Positions 12,701 through 24,700 of a stretch of 64,000 nt of DNA are shown piece after piece (position 1 is the first letter of the stretch; each line of letters starts with the position of its first letter). Under the pieces are notes generated by a model, which did not search any database, had not been told where the DNA came from, and saw only the letters and a program-made list of their open reading frames with translations. The position numbers and the translations under genes are program-made. Source of the DNA: Raillietiella orientalis (taxonomy: Eukaryota); contig JAYWIR010000006.1 in NCBI GenBank assembly GCA_036172245.1, positions 4,526,001 through 4,590,000 of the forward strand. Reading direction: 5' to 3'.

Positions 12701-15700
12701 CCGAGAAAACTGCGAGTCGTCTTCTGGCAGCGGGGGCCGTCGAAGTCCTCGCGACAATTGCAGTGAATGCCAAAGCGTTCTTCTACGCAGTGCCCCCCGT
12801 TGAGGCAGGGGTTCGGCCTGCAAGATTCGGGACTGCTGAAGTTCCTCGCCCCGCAGGTGCACTTTGCTATCACATCGGTGCGCACGCCGACTAGCGCCGT
12901 GAGGTTGGCGTTCACCAGGTAAGGGAGGCTGTCGATGACCAGCTGATTGGTACAGCTGCCTTCGCAATTCAAGTTTTCATAAAGGCACTCATCAATTCCA
13001 ACCATGGTTATGTTGATGTCCAGCTCGAGTTCCAGCTAAAACAAAGACACACGCCGTAGGAAACGTCTCCTTTTCCCTTCTCTGTTTTCGTGCCCATCCA
13101 CCCCACTCCTTTCCGTGAGAGGAACCTCCCGATGCTCACCTCTTTCCGATGAGACATGACAACCCCGTTCAGGTGGACCGGTTTCCGATACGGCGACCCG
13201 TGTGCTGAAAAGCGCACGTCTGTTATGGGCGGCCTCTCCTGCTTCTGCTGGACGCTGAACACGTCCACGTCTTGGACGTTCAGGCCGATCAGCGAGGAGA
13301 TCCTTTCTCTGAACTTTTCCAGCTTGCTTTTCACCACGTGCTGCTTCTTGTAGTCCCAGATGCGGATGAAATCTTCCTCCGAAGTTCCGTGGATGCGGAA
13401 AGATCCGCTGTTCCTGACGGCCTCTTCGGAAATCTCCTGTATCGTCACGGTTACGTTGGCCGCGACGTTCGACTGCGTGTGCTTCCGATCGTACACGAAA
13501 AATTGCAAGAAGTACCTGGGTGGCGAAAGGCGGACGATGCCGGCTTGTCGACAAACGAGGCTTACCTTCCAGGAGGGGTGTTCTGCTTCATCATGATCAT
13601 ACCAAGATCCTCATCCAGGCTGAAATGGGGATGCGGTTCTTGATCCTTCCAGTAAAACTTTTTGTCCGGCAGATCCCAGTCGTCCAAATCATACACGTAC
13701 ACTCTTCCTATTTCCACATCTGGGGTCTGACCCTGCATTGCGAGACCCTTTCCGTGAACTCGGAACACAAAAGCAGAGCTCGGCAATCGTCACCTTGTAA
13801 CTGTATATGAAGATGTCTTTACTTCCGGGTTGCATGCGGTTGTCGTTCTCATCTCCGATTATGACGGTCAGAGTTGATGTTCCCGACATGGAGGGATTCC
13901 CCGAATCCTTGATGATGATGGGCACTAGATACTCCTTCTGGTGTTCGCGATCGAATGATTTTAACGAATGCACGATCGCCATGCCATCTCCGTTTGCACC
14001 TCCTGAAATGCAAAATGGGGGGAAAATCCACTCGGGTGCGCCAAGCAGCAGGGACTTACGGGGATCATGCTCGACCCGGAATGCCGACTTGATCTCGTCG
14101 CCGGCGGAAGGATTCAGTCGAAAGATGAAAGGAGAACCGTTAGATTTTGATCTGTCGTCATCATCCATTGCAAGAATCTCTACAACCTTTCTTGGAGGAG
14201 AGTTTTCGGGCACTATGGGTCGGTAATCGTGCATAAAGCGGGGTGCGTTGTCATTGATGTCCTGGACATTGACCGTCAAAGTCGCCGTCGCCGTTTTAGG
14301 AGGTTTCCCGTCATCGATGGCCAGGATTTTTATCTGCACCGCAGGTGCTGCTCGCGTAAATCTCGAACCTGCGCGGCCATACCTGATGGCGTGGTATCTC
14401 CTCGCGATCCAAAGACCTCTGTATCTTGACCGTGCCATCTTGCGAGATGGAGAACTGCCTCTTGCGATCCGAATGCTTGTCGATGCCGAACGACACGAAC
14501 GAGTTGCCCCCGTTGTCGGGATCCGTCGCACGGAAAGTTTCCAAGCTTTTACCGACTTCAGCATTTTCGAACACAGATACTTCAATGTTGGCACGTTCGA
14601 AAATGGGTTTGTTATCATTTATGTCACGCAGCTCGACGCTGACCCACGAATAGGCCACATGGTACTTGTCGTTGTCGCTGTCCTCACCCTGCAACGAAGA
14701 ACGCAACTTTCATCAACTTCCGGCGTGCGATTCCACAGCTCGACGCTCGCATGCCTTCCGATCGAAGTCTGCTGAACCGCCTATTTTTCGTTTCACGTTT
14801 TGTTCCTTTGCGCCGGATCACATCGGAACGCTTAGCAACGGACGCTACAGTTTCAAAGGATCGAAAATGCGAAAGACAGAAGTGAAGAATAAAGGATGAA
14901 GTGTTAAAACAAGATACTGTTATGTATGCGAACGAAGGACCGAAAAACCTCCGGAGAGCTACGGAAGATCGTTACAAGCGTCGTGAAGAGACTGGATGTG
15001 GGGACCAAAAGAAAAAGCTTGCATAAGAGACGCGTAAAAGCACCCGAGATGCGAAATCCCAAGGGCTTTACCTTACTGGAAAAACAACTTCACTGGAAAA
15101 TGCAAAGACTATCGGCAACATGAGCCACTGCATCAAGCCGAAATAGAATGGGCGTATACAGGTGAAAACGAACTCCCGTCAAGTTCGAGGAAGTCGTGCA
15201 GTTTTTTTTCTTCTTCTTCTTCTTCCTTTCCAAAACGCTAGTGAACAGGGCGCAGAGCAAACCACGGAGCGGATGCCAACAACGGACTAGAAGATGGAAC
15301 CAAAACTAAAAGGGAGGCCAGAAACGTGTACACAGGACGACTGTACGTACGCGGAAGACTTTTTTCTTTCGTTCTTCGGAGGTCAGTGCGACAACTACGC
15401 GGCTCTATGAAATACGAAGACACACTCAACGGGGGGAAAGGTGCTACTGGTCACAAAGCTCTGCGTGAACATCGGGGGGCACGTGAAGACTATTCGCACG
15501 ACAAAAGCGTACTGGATGCTAAGGATAATCACAGAAATTGAAAGGAAATTCCCGAAGGGGGGGGGGGAAGAGGGGGGGAACATTCCTGAATTTCAAAGCG
15601 GAAACTGAAAAGTTCTATTTCAGGATTCTAATAGGGAATCCACACATCCATTACTAAGCTTCCTAACACTGCCGAGTGAATCCTTCTGTGTGGTTTGATG

Positions 15701-18700
15701 GAGACGGCCTTTCTCTTTCAACCGGAAAAAGCGAAACGCAAATGATGTGACGGAGAGAGTGTTTGGCCGTCCAAAGTCTCGAACGCTTCGAGTACGTGAC
15801 GTAGGCCGTTGCCAAACGACCGACATGTGTCACGACCGCGAGTGAGGAACATGAAGATCACTCAAAAAAGTCAGTAGCGACACCCGAGAGGGATGGCACG
15901 CGCCACCACACACGCGGTGGAGAGAAACCCGCGCCGCCGCCGACCCATTCCTGTCCGCTCGTTCGTGGATTCCCGAAACGCGTAATGCACGAACCTTGTC
16001 ATTAACTTGAATCTTGAATTTGAAGCCTCTCCTCTGCATCGGATCTTCGTAATCCAAGGGCTGCACGATCTTCAGCGATCCCGTCCCGTCGCTGTTGCGA
16101 ACCATCGTAAACTTGTCCGCTCCGAATCCCGAACTTTCCAGAACTTTATAGTGGAATTTGTTCGTCTCATCTTCATCGAGCACGGTCACGGTCAGGATCG
16201 GAGAATCGGGAAGGGTGGGTATGGACATGTCGGTTTCATCAACTATCGTGGTCCAATGATCTTTGCTGAACTGAGGAGGCATGTCGTTTATGTCTTTGAC
16301 ATGTATGGACGCCGTGCCGGTTCCTACGGAGCAGTGGATTCAGGAACCGAGTTCCAGCAAACGCACAGATTCGTTTATACAATGTCTGCGTACAGTGGTG
16401 AAACCATAGTGCCCTCCTAAAATACGGGGCAAAATACGAGGCACTGTACCTTTAAGTCCTCCTCCATCCATTGCGACCACCTGGATGGTATAGTCCGGGG
16501 TCTTTTCGCGGTCCAAGCAGCAAACGGCCGTTTTAATGACTCCACTCTCGGACTCGATCTCGAAGATTGGGCGACCCGTGTTCTCATCGATGACATTCTT
16601 GTCGATAGAGTAGGAGAGTTTGGCGTTTCCACCCTCGTTCGGATCGTCATAATCCACGGCTGTCATCGTCATGACCACCATTTCTACAGAGTCAACCCAA
16701 CGCAAATCACGGCACGTCGAGCGCGGATGCCATACGTTCCGTTCCGTTTTCCGTGACATTTCCGAAATAAATTCCTTGGGGGAAGAAGGGGGCGTTGTCG
16801 TTAATGTCCTTCAAGTTGACTTGCACATCAGCGTAGCCCACAAGCCCTTCTCCTCCTTCGTCCTGTGCGAAGACGGTAAATCGCCACTGGGGTCTGCCAT
16901 TCGGCTCGTCACGATCAAGGGGCTGGAAGAACGGAACACACCGTGAACACCGCACCACAAAGGAGGTTTAGGAGGAGATTCGGTACGATGTGGCAGGACA
17001 CGGACGACACTTTACCTTCAGCACGTAAATTTCCCCGGAAGTCCGGTTCACATCGAATTTACTGTTTGCGGGACTGGCAGGATCGACACCTTGTCCGGTC
17101 AGAAAATACACGATGTTGTGCGGCCTGTCCCGATCGCCGTCCGTCGCCGTCACCTACCCAGGACAGCACATAAGCACTCGCAGAAACAAAACAAAGCAGG
17201 AAGGAGGAAAGACTAATAGTGCTTGCAAAATAAACCAAAAGGATGCACCATGCTTTCGTGTGCTGCACACAGACTACACCTCTGCTGTCAACGCAGCAAC
17301 GGTTTCCAAGTTTCCAAGAAACACACGCACGCGCACACGCACACGAAAAAGGGAAGAAAAAAAAAAAGAAGGATAAACTGCAGTTTACTCGCAGCATAGT
17401 GTCATTTCTCAAAACCACGCAAACATCCACAGAATGCGATGAAGCTTTCAGGAAAGTGCTTTGAATCTTTTGCTGTGAACGAGTACACTGTACCTTCAAC
17501 AGTTTGGCTGGCAAACTTGAAGAAAACTCTTCCTGAAGCTCTGCGTAATACGTGTTTTCATCGAACACTGGAGGCAAATCATTCACATCATTAACGCTGA
17601 TGACTACTTTTGTTTCGTTCTCGTTAAGGCTATCCGAAGCAACGAGAGTCAACTCATACTAAATCATACAAAGCAAAACAAAAAAATAAGAAGCAGAAGT
17701 GGTCATGCGAATGCAAAAATGTAAAGACAAAAAAATTACACAGTGTAGCAAAACATGTGTAACATGCCATCTAGCAATACATGTTTCACTGCTCATTCAA
17801 TAACCTGTAAGATTCGTTTGGGCAGGTTGCGATCATCTTCTTCCGTTATTTGTGTTTCGTACACAGGTCTGTCAAATACTGGAGGATTATCATTGACGTC
17901 TTTAACATGGATAACAACTGTGGTATAATTTTCATTCAGATTATCCGAAGCAACTAAGCGTAGTTCGTACTGTTCCATGACATTAATGAACATGAGAAGA
18001 AAACATTTTTTTTTAAAAAAAAAAAAAATGAAAACCAGTGGTAAGCAGCAGCACGTACAATTGTGCTGATACAAAACATTTTCTAAACAAATTTCACAAG
18101 TAATGCAAGACGTTCAAGACATCAGTCTCTAACATTATGGGAGAAAAATTACAATCTGATCACAAACTTCTGGCTACCAAACAGGGAAAGTCAGTTACTC
18201 ACCCTTTTCCTGGTCTCATAGTCCAAGGGGCCGGCAACGTATATGGCACCTGTCATGTTTTTCACAGCAAAAGCGCCGCCGAAGTTGCCCTTCGTTATTT
18301 CATAACGAATGCGAGATGCTGCATGAAATTCGTGTGAACAAAGAGGAAAAACAGAAATCTATCGGTACAAATTCCGCCAAAAAAAAAGCACTCCCGGCAC
18401 GCACCTCCGCTCACGAAATCGAATACGCTCTTCGATCAACAGCCATTAGCAGTCCCTTCATCCTTCGCAGGGATCAGTAATAAAAAGGAACTCACCCACA
18501 GGCAGACCAGTTCAAGAATCAGGAAAGCAGCAGGAAAGATCGCCAGAAAGCTTTCCAGATTCACACAGAGGGAAAGTTCAAAGTTCACATAAGAATCAAA
18601 ACGCTTGAAAGAGAAAAAACGGAAGAAACAGAGAGAAACTGTCAAAGGGGAGGGAAAGCAAGGGGGGGGGGGGAAGGAAAATTTCGTTCATATCTTTTGT

Positions 18701-18721
18701 ATACTTAATGGCAGGCATCAA

Positions 18722-18782
<61 letters not shown>

Positions 18783-21700
18783 TTCGGACAAACTGCAGAG
18801 ACTCCGAAAGGAAAATGCAATGACCCTTCCGACACACTTTCTATAAACAATCGATCAAAACACACACACACAAAACATCACGCATCACGTGTGATGTTTA
18901 CTGAAACCTCAAACGACGTTGGGGAACGCGAAATTCCCGACCTGCAGCCACCGATTCCCCCTTTGGTGAGCTTCACTTCTGAGCACCTTTGCAGCGGCTG
19001 ACGACACAACGGAATGCCGACGGCCTTCTGACCCACTCGCGCATCGCAGCAGCAGCACACAGCTCGTGAACAGAAAAGAGAAGCGAAGTACACCTTGTAC
19101 ATTCCCTTCAGGAGCTGGGGGAGAAGAAAACAAATCCGCCTCGATCACTACGGGCTTTGTACACTAAAAGGCGCAACCCCAGAATACAGCAGGACCCCGT
19201 ACAATTCGGGAGATGTGTTCCGCGTTATAAGAACCCTACGGGTAATACATAGCATATGATTAAGAAAAAAAAAAAAAAAAACAGTAGAATATTCATTATT
19301 TATTACACTTCAAAACAAAACAATTGTGTGTTTTACCACTTAAATTCAACTGGGGGGGGAGGAAAAAAAAAAAAAAACAAACTTTTCGAGTTGTGTCGTT
19401 ATTCTATCAACCAAAACCGCTCCGTGGTTTCGGCTCGATCCCTCTCGTTGTCGAAAGATGTACCTTCCCGGTCCGTTTCATCCACGAAAATCTGCACCAA
19501 ATGGGATCGGACCCGCTTGGACCACGCGCACGCGTCCTTTTCGAACACAGCCGAACCGAGAGTACACCACGACACGGAAATGTGTCCCCAGCGCCCTGCG
19601 AGGCTGACTTACCGCGTTATGCGAGCACTGCAGCAATCCTTCGCCGTGGTCGCGTTATACGAATCTGCTTCGTACGGGGGCCTACTGTACTTTAAAAGGA
19701 AGCAGCGTCACCGATGTGCGATTCGAACAGTTTGTGCCGTTTCAAAAAGAAGACCAATATGTTTGTGGCACAAACCACTTTCGGACTGAAAATTCATCTA
19801 CGAAAGAACGGAGGCGTCTGCAGACGTGCCGTGTGCATCGAAACACACATACTGAAAACACTGGTAGTGTGCGTGGTATTACACTTAGGTGCAGTTTGGT
19901 GGGGGAGGGCGCAGATACCGACAATACCAATAGCATATGCGGTACACACGTTAAGAATGATGTGATGGTGGGAGGATGGTGGCAGAAGAGAGAGAAATGT
20001 AGAGTAACACCGAAAGATTCGTATGTTATTGTAATGTGTGAGGTCGAAACAGTTCAACGAGAACGACCACTTGGGGCATCGCAGGTAGTTCTGGCTTCGA
20101 AAGTATGTGACAGGGTTGATTGGAAGCTGTGCACATGGGTTTGTGGAATGGGTGGTTACGCTAATGGAATGGTCAACTCTGCGATTAGGAGGGTCAGAAT
20201 GAGAGAGACGGTTGATGATTTTGGGTTATAAATGTTTGCTGCTACGTTTGGGTTGTGGCCTTTCGTTAGTAATGTTCTATGGTTGGCAGTATGTGGAATG
20301 TGGAAGGAAATGTTTTATGCTTCGAGTATTTTGGTTCGTGGTGAGAATGCTGTTATTAATTACGAGTGGTGGAATAGTAAGAATTACTTCAGGATGGGAT
20401 GGATTGGGGACGGTTTCTTATCGGAATCCCTGAACACATGCAGGAAAAAAAGCACACCGCTTGCGGTGTGATCCAAAACTACCTCTACAAATACGATTAA
20501 ATAAATTGTGCTTCAGGGAATGTTTTGAATTTCGATGTTTGGCACCTCAGTCTCCACAAACACGGAAGGCAGGAGGGTAAACTGCAGCTCAAAGATCAAA
20601 AGTGGAACATCGAGTTGCTCAGTTTATATGATCACGGGAATGAGAGAATTCGGATAAAATAATCGACCAACAACTTGGCAGCAAAAGGGGAAGCACGAGG
20701 AACGCAAAAGACTTACATTCGTCATTGTCCTTTGCAGTGACCGTCAGAACAGTATGCTGAATGTCTTCGTTCTCGTCGACCTCGGCTTCGTACAAAGCCT
20801 TATCAAAATAAGGCGGGTTGTCATTTTTATCTGCGATGCCAATGCGGATGAACTTGGTCACTGAAACACATTCGAGAGGAGAGAGATGAGCTGCAGGAAG
20901 CGGATACGGGGAGGGGGAGGGTCTCCAACGCAACATGCACTCCATCAAAGCCCTTCCGTGTCGAAGAGTCCGGTTCTGCACTTCGATGTGTACACGGAGC
21001 TCTCGTTCGCATATGGAGAGACAACGCAAGTGACCTCGGAGGATCCGAGTGCACAGAAGAGTGCAATCTCGCATACTTGGGGTGTGTTCTTTTTTTCTTC
21101 TTGCAACTTTGACTTGAATGTGTGAATTGCTTGCGATCCGACAATCTTAACGATAATTAAAACTGCCTGCTATTATATGTATTATATGTATACATTGTCT
21201 TATGTAAGGAAAACCAAATGTTGGGGGGAAAAAAATACAGAAACAATAATCGAAACCGCCTTTTTTTTTCTTCTCTTTTCTTTTTCTTTTGCTAAGAGTC
21301 CCCCACATTTCCTGATATCCTCAAAAAAATGACTGACTCCTAAAAGGAATCTGAAAGGGCAAACATCATTTCCCCTGCCCTGATCGCGGCCGATTCCTTC
21401 GCAAGAAATGGGCAGTTTCGCTGGAGACAAAGAACAAAAAGATTAAAGGAGAGAAGAGTTTGTATTCTCCACCCCTCCCTCGGATTCAGTTTTCCGCATG
21501 GCCTCGAGAAAAGACCAAATCCGGGAACGAGGCTAGACGAAATTCGCAAACCGATTTGCAGCCACATACCGTCATGATACTGGTGTGTCATGATAATCAT
21601 CATCACGACACATCCAAAGGAAATACTTTCTCTGGGGGTTCGACGGCTTCCCCACAACCCGGTTTCGATTCCAACAACCTCTTGTTTTGGTTCCGACTCA

Positions 21701-24700
21701 TAAAGTCAGGCGAGAGCTGAACTCTTTCCCGCCAAGGCGATGATCCACTCGTGGATGAATGCCATTTACTCTCAAAATACGTCCATTTAGGCGTTTTATT
21801 GACCTTGAGATTCGCCTTGAATCACGGAAAGGAAACAAACAGCAACAAGAAAGGAACGCCGTAATCACATCGATCCCACCTCCTCCCTGGAAACCCAACG
21901 GCTGGCCACTTTCTTCGAGAACCTGAATGGCTCAAGGTTTCGGCGTCGTGTAAGGGCACGAAGACAAACCCGCTCACGGTCTCCCAAGATTTTATCCCAC
22001 CACAGAGGGAAGCTTTCCTTGGACTACCATGTCGAGCACAAAGCAGTTCGTATTCCCGAAAGTTCGTTTGCTCACTTTCCGATCACCATCAACCTCTGAT
22101 GCTTTGTCCGTCTAACCCTCGTTCGCTTTAAGCATCGGCACGTACTTCCCTGAAGAGCTGCTGCCGTTTTTCCTGCGTACGTTCCAGAGTTCCATTAAAA
22201 GGTGCATGAGCCTTGGAAATGCCATTTGCGGCCTGCTGTCCAGTATTCCAGACCGACCGTCCCAAGCCAAATCCTTCTTTTGCAAGCACTCTCGTGCTTG
22301 ACTTCGAGGTCCCACGAAACTACGGATCGCGCAGCAATACGAAGTGTGGCATCCGAGCCACACGGAAAGGCAATTCCGACGTTCTTGAATCACATTCATC
22401 ACGAAGATGTAATCGAAAGGCGCTTAAAAGAATCGGCCCCACTGCTTTGCTATTGAACTGAGGTGCTTCACAGCTCGCCGGGAATCCCAAAAGCGGCTTT
22501 CCAGAAAGTGGAGCTCCGCCCTGGATGCGCTGGAGTCGAAATTCTCTCCGGACAGTCGTTTCAGCTTTCCCAAAAGGCTGGACCGTTCCAACTGCAGGGT
22601 CGCAGTACATGGCGGTTACCCCATGAACTCGTTGACCGGAGTTCGTGAGAAAATCGCCATGTCTCCTTCCCTGTTACGGAACGGTTTCCCCTTTCTCCTG
22701 AGGCCGATTGCCACGCCAAGAATCTTCTTCTTCCTGCTCCTCGCAGCCAGCCTCGAAAGGCGCACCGTTTACGGTGAGTACCTACAGAACAGGCCGCGGA
22801 TCTACGGAATCTCCAAACCCAAGCTGAAGTTTAAGGCGAAAACAACGTCTGCGACTTATCGGGGAGAAGAATGACGACGCCTTGGACCCTTTTTCGCAGG
22901 CTTGTCTGCAAGTCTGTGGCAGTGCTTTTCCCCTTGTCACGGTAGCCAGGCATCATGTGGGCACAATGTGCTTTACATATAAAGATGCAAGCAGTGCATG
23001 GGTCTGCCACTTACTCACGACGTGGCCACACGCATGGCGTATTCGTATTACTTGATCAAATTTATATTTTACGAATCGCAGGGAAACTGCCGCACAAGTG
23101 AATCCTGCACCTTCTTCTTGTTAAGGAAAACCAATTGGGCTTCATCTCCTTAACCTTTTCGTTACGACGCAACTGGTCGTCAGAACGACACCGCCGAACG
23201 GGACTCCGTGCCTGAGAGCGTGCACTGTCCGCGTGGACAGTGTCCCGACGCCCCGAGTCTGTCGTCTTACGCCGGCGTACGAACTGCGTTTGGTACAAAG
23301 GAGTCAAGAGTGACAATTAGCACGTTTCAAATGAGTCCATAACACAATTAATAATTTGGTAAATGAATAGAATTCGGTAGGATATACTTTAAAACGGGGG
23401 GGACTACCATCAGCCAACATCACGGTCTTCGCAGTGACACCTCGATTCGCGCCTTTCATCGTTTTTCTTGCAAACAACGCAACTTCGTGATGGATTTTTT
23501 CTCTGCTGATTTATACGGCGAAGGATAATCCTTCCGGCGAGTCCACTGGGATAATGATCGCCCCGTGTACTGGGGTGATACGACTTCGTTTGTATTTTTT
23601 TTCCGGTATTTCTTCTATTAATTTTAGCTGAAGTTTCGCCACACAGACACAGCTTTTTCAATTTACGTAGACAGCAAGCATTGCACATGCAAACATCGAT
23701 CATGTGGAAACAACACAAAAAGAAATCACGACACCACTTTAAAGTTTTTCGTGTTGACGGAATCGTGCCTGCGGCTGTATCGGCTTTGCAGCTGAGACCG
23801 TCGGACAGTTGCAATCCTTCGCATGAGCAGCTTCCTGAACGGTCCCTCCCTCTTCTGCAACGTCCTGGCACACCTACAAACTCTTCTGTGCGCACGGTGG
23901 AAAGCATTTCAAACTGTCCCTTGCCAACCCATTTCATAACCTGCTGCAGGACGGGAAAAAAAAAAAAAACCTATGAGATCCCCCCCCCCCTTTTTTTTTT
24001 AATTTTTCGTCAATCTTCGACACGCCCCCTTTCCTTTAATGTACCGTACGAATTCGCAGCATTTCTATAGGTACCAGTTGCCTACGTAAAGCGTGCGGCC
24101 TCTTCCTAAGTAAGGACCTAAAGGTGACAACATCCCACTTCCAGACATATTCCGACATCTTCATGTGGAGTACTTATGCTAGTACTGGATCCGATATAAA
24201 TAATAAAATCTTGAGCATAGCTTGTTTTACAGTCGCAAGGAATGGATGATTCTACGCCAAATCGATTCCACTTCGATGGAATAAATGCTTAAACGATAAT
24301 CTGCCTTTGCATAGGAGCAGACTTTCATCTGTACATAAGTTCTAGATATGGGTAAAACGAAAACACTGAATGATGTTCGTACTTATGGATGAACTTTATT
24401 CGTGCTTTTCGCATGTTGTGTACAGATTATCAGGATTGGATCCGTGCTCGTCCGTAAAATTTTTAACAGCAATGAGTAGCGATGGATCATTTCGTGGATG
24501 CCGGCTATGGACGGTATTAGGAGCGAAAAGGGTTAAACAGTATGTAGGAGCTGCTACAGGCAATAGGCAGTTTCCATACGTTATCAACCAAAAAAGGCAA
24601 CCGATTCACTTGGCCGCATTTAAGTGGCCTCTTTTCATGAAAATCAAAATAAATATATCAATACAATCAAAGCATCAATACCAGTAGATTAACGCTCATC

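Noticed and set aside
14689..15994. Possible exon-13-type alternative cadherin exon in the 1.3-kb intron
   Set aside because: No DxNDN or other cadherin-like frame found on the minus strand by eye.
19094..19114. Possible 21-nt phase-1 microexon (ttctcccccag|CTCCTGAAGGGAATGTACAAG|gtgtac) in CadN
   Set aside because: The acceptor is good but the donor is weak and there is no homology support. It cannot be supported without RNA-seq.
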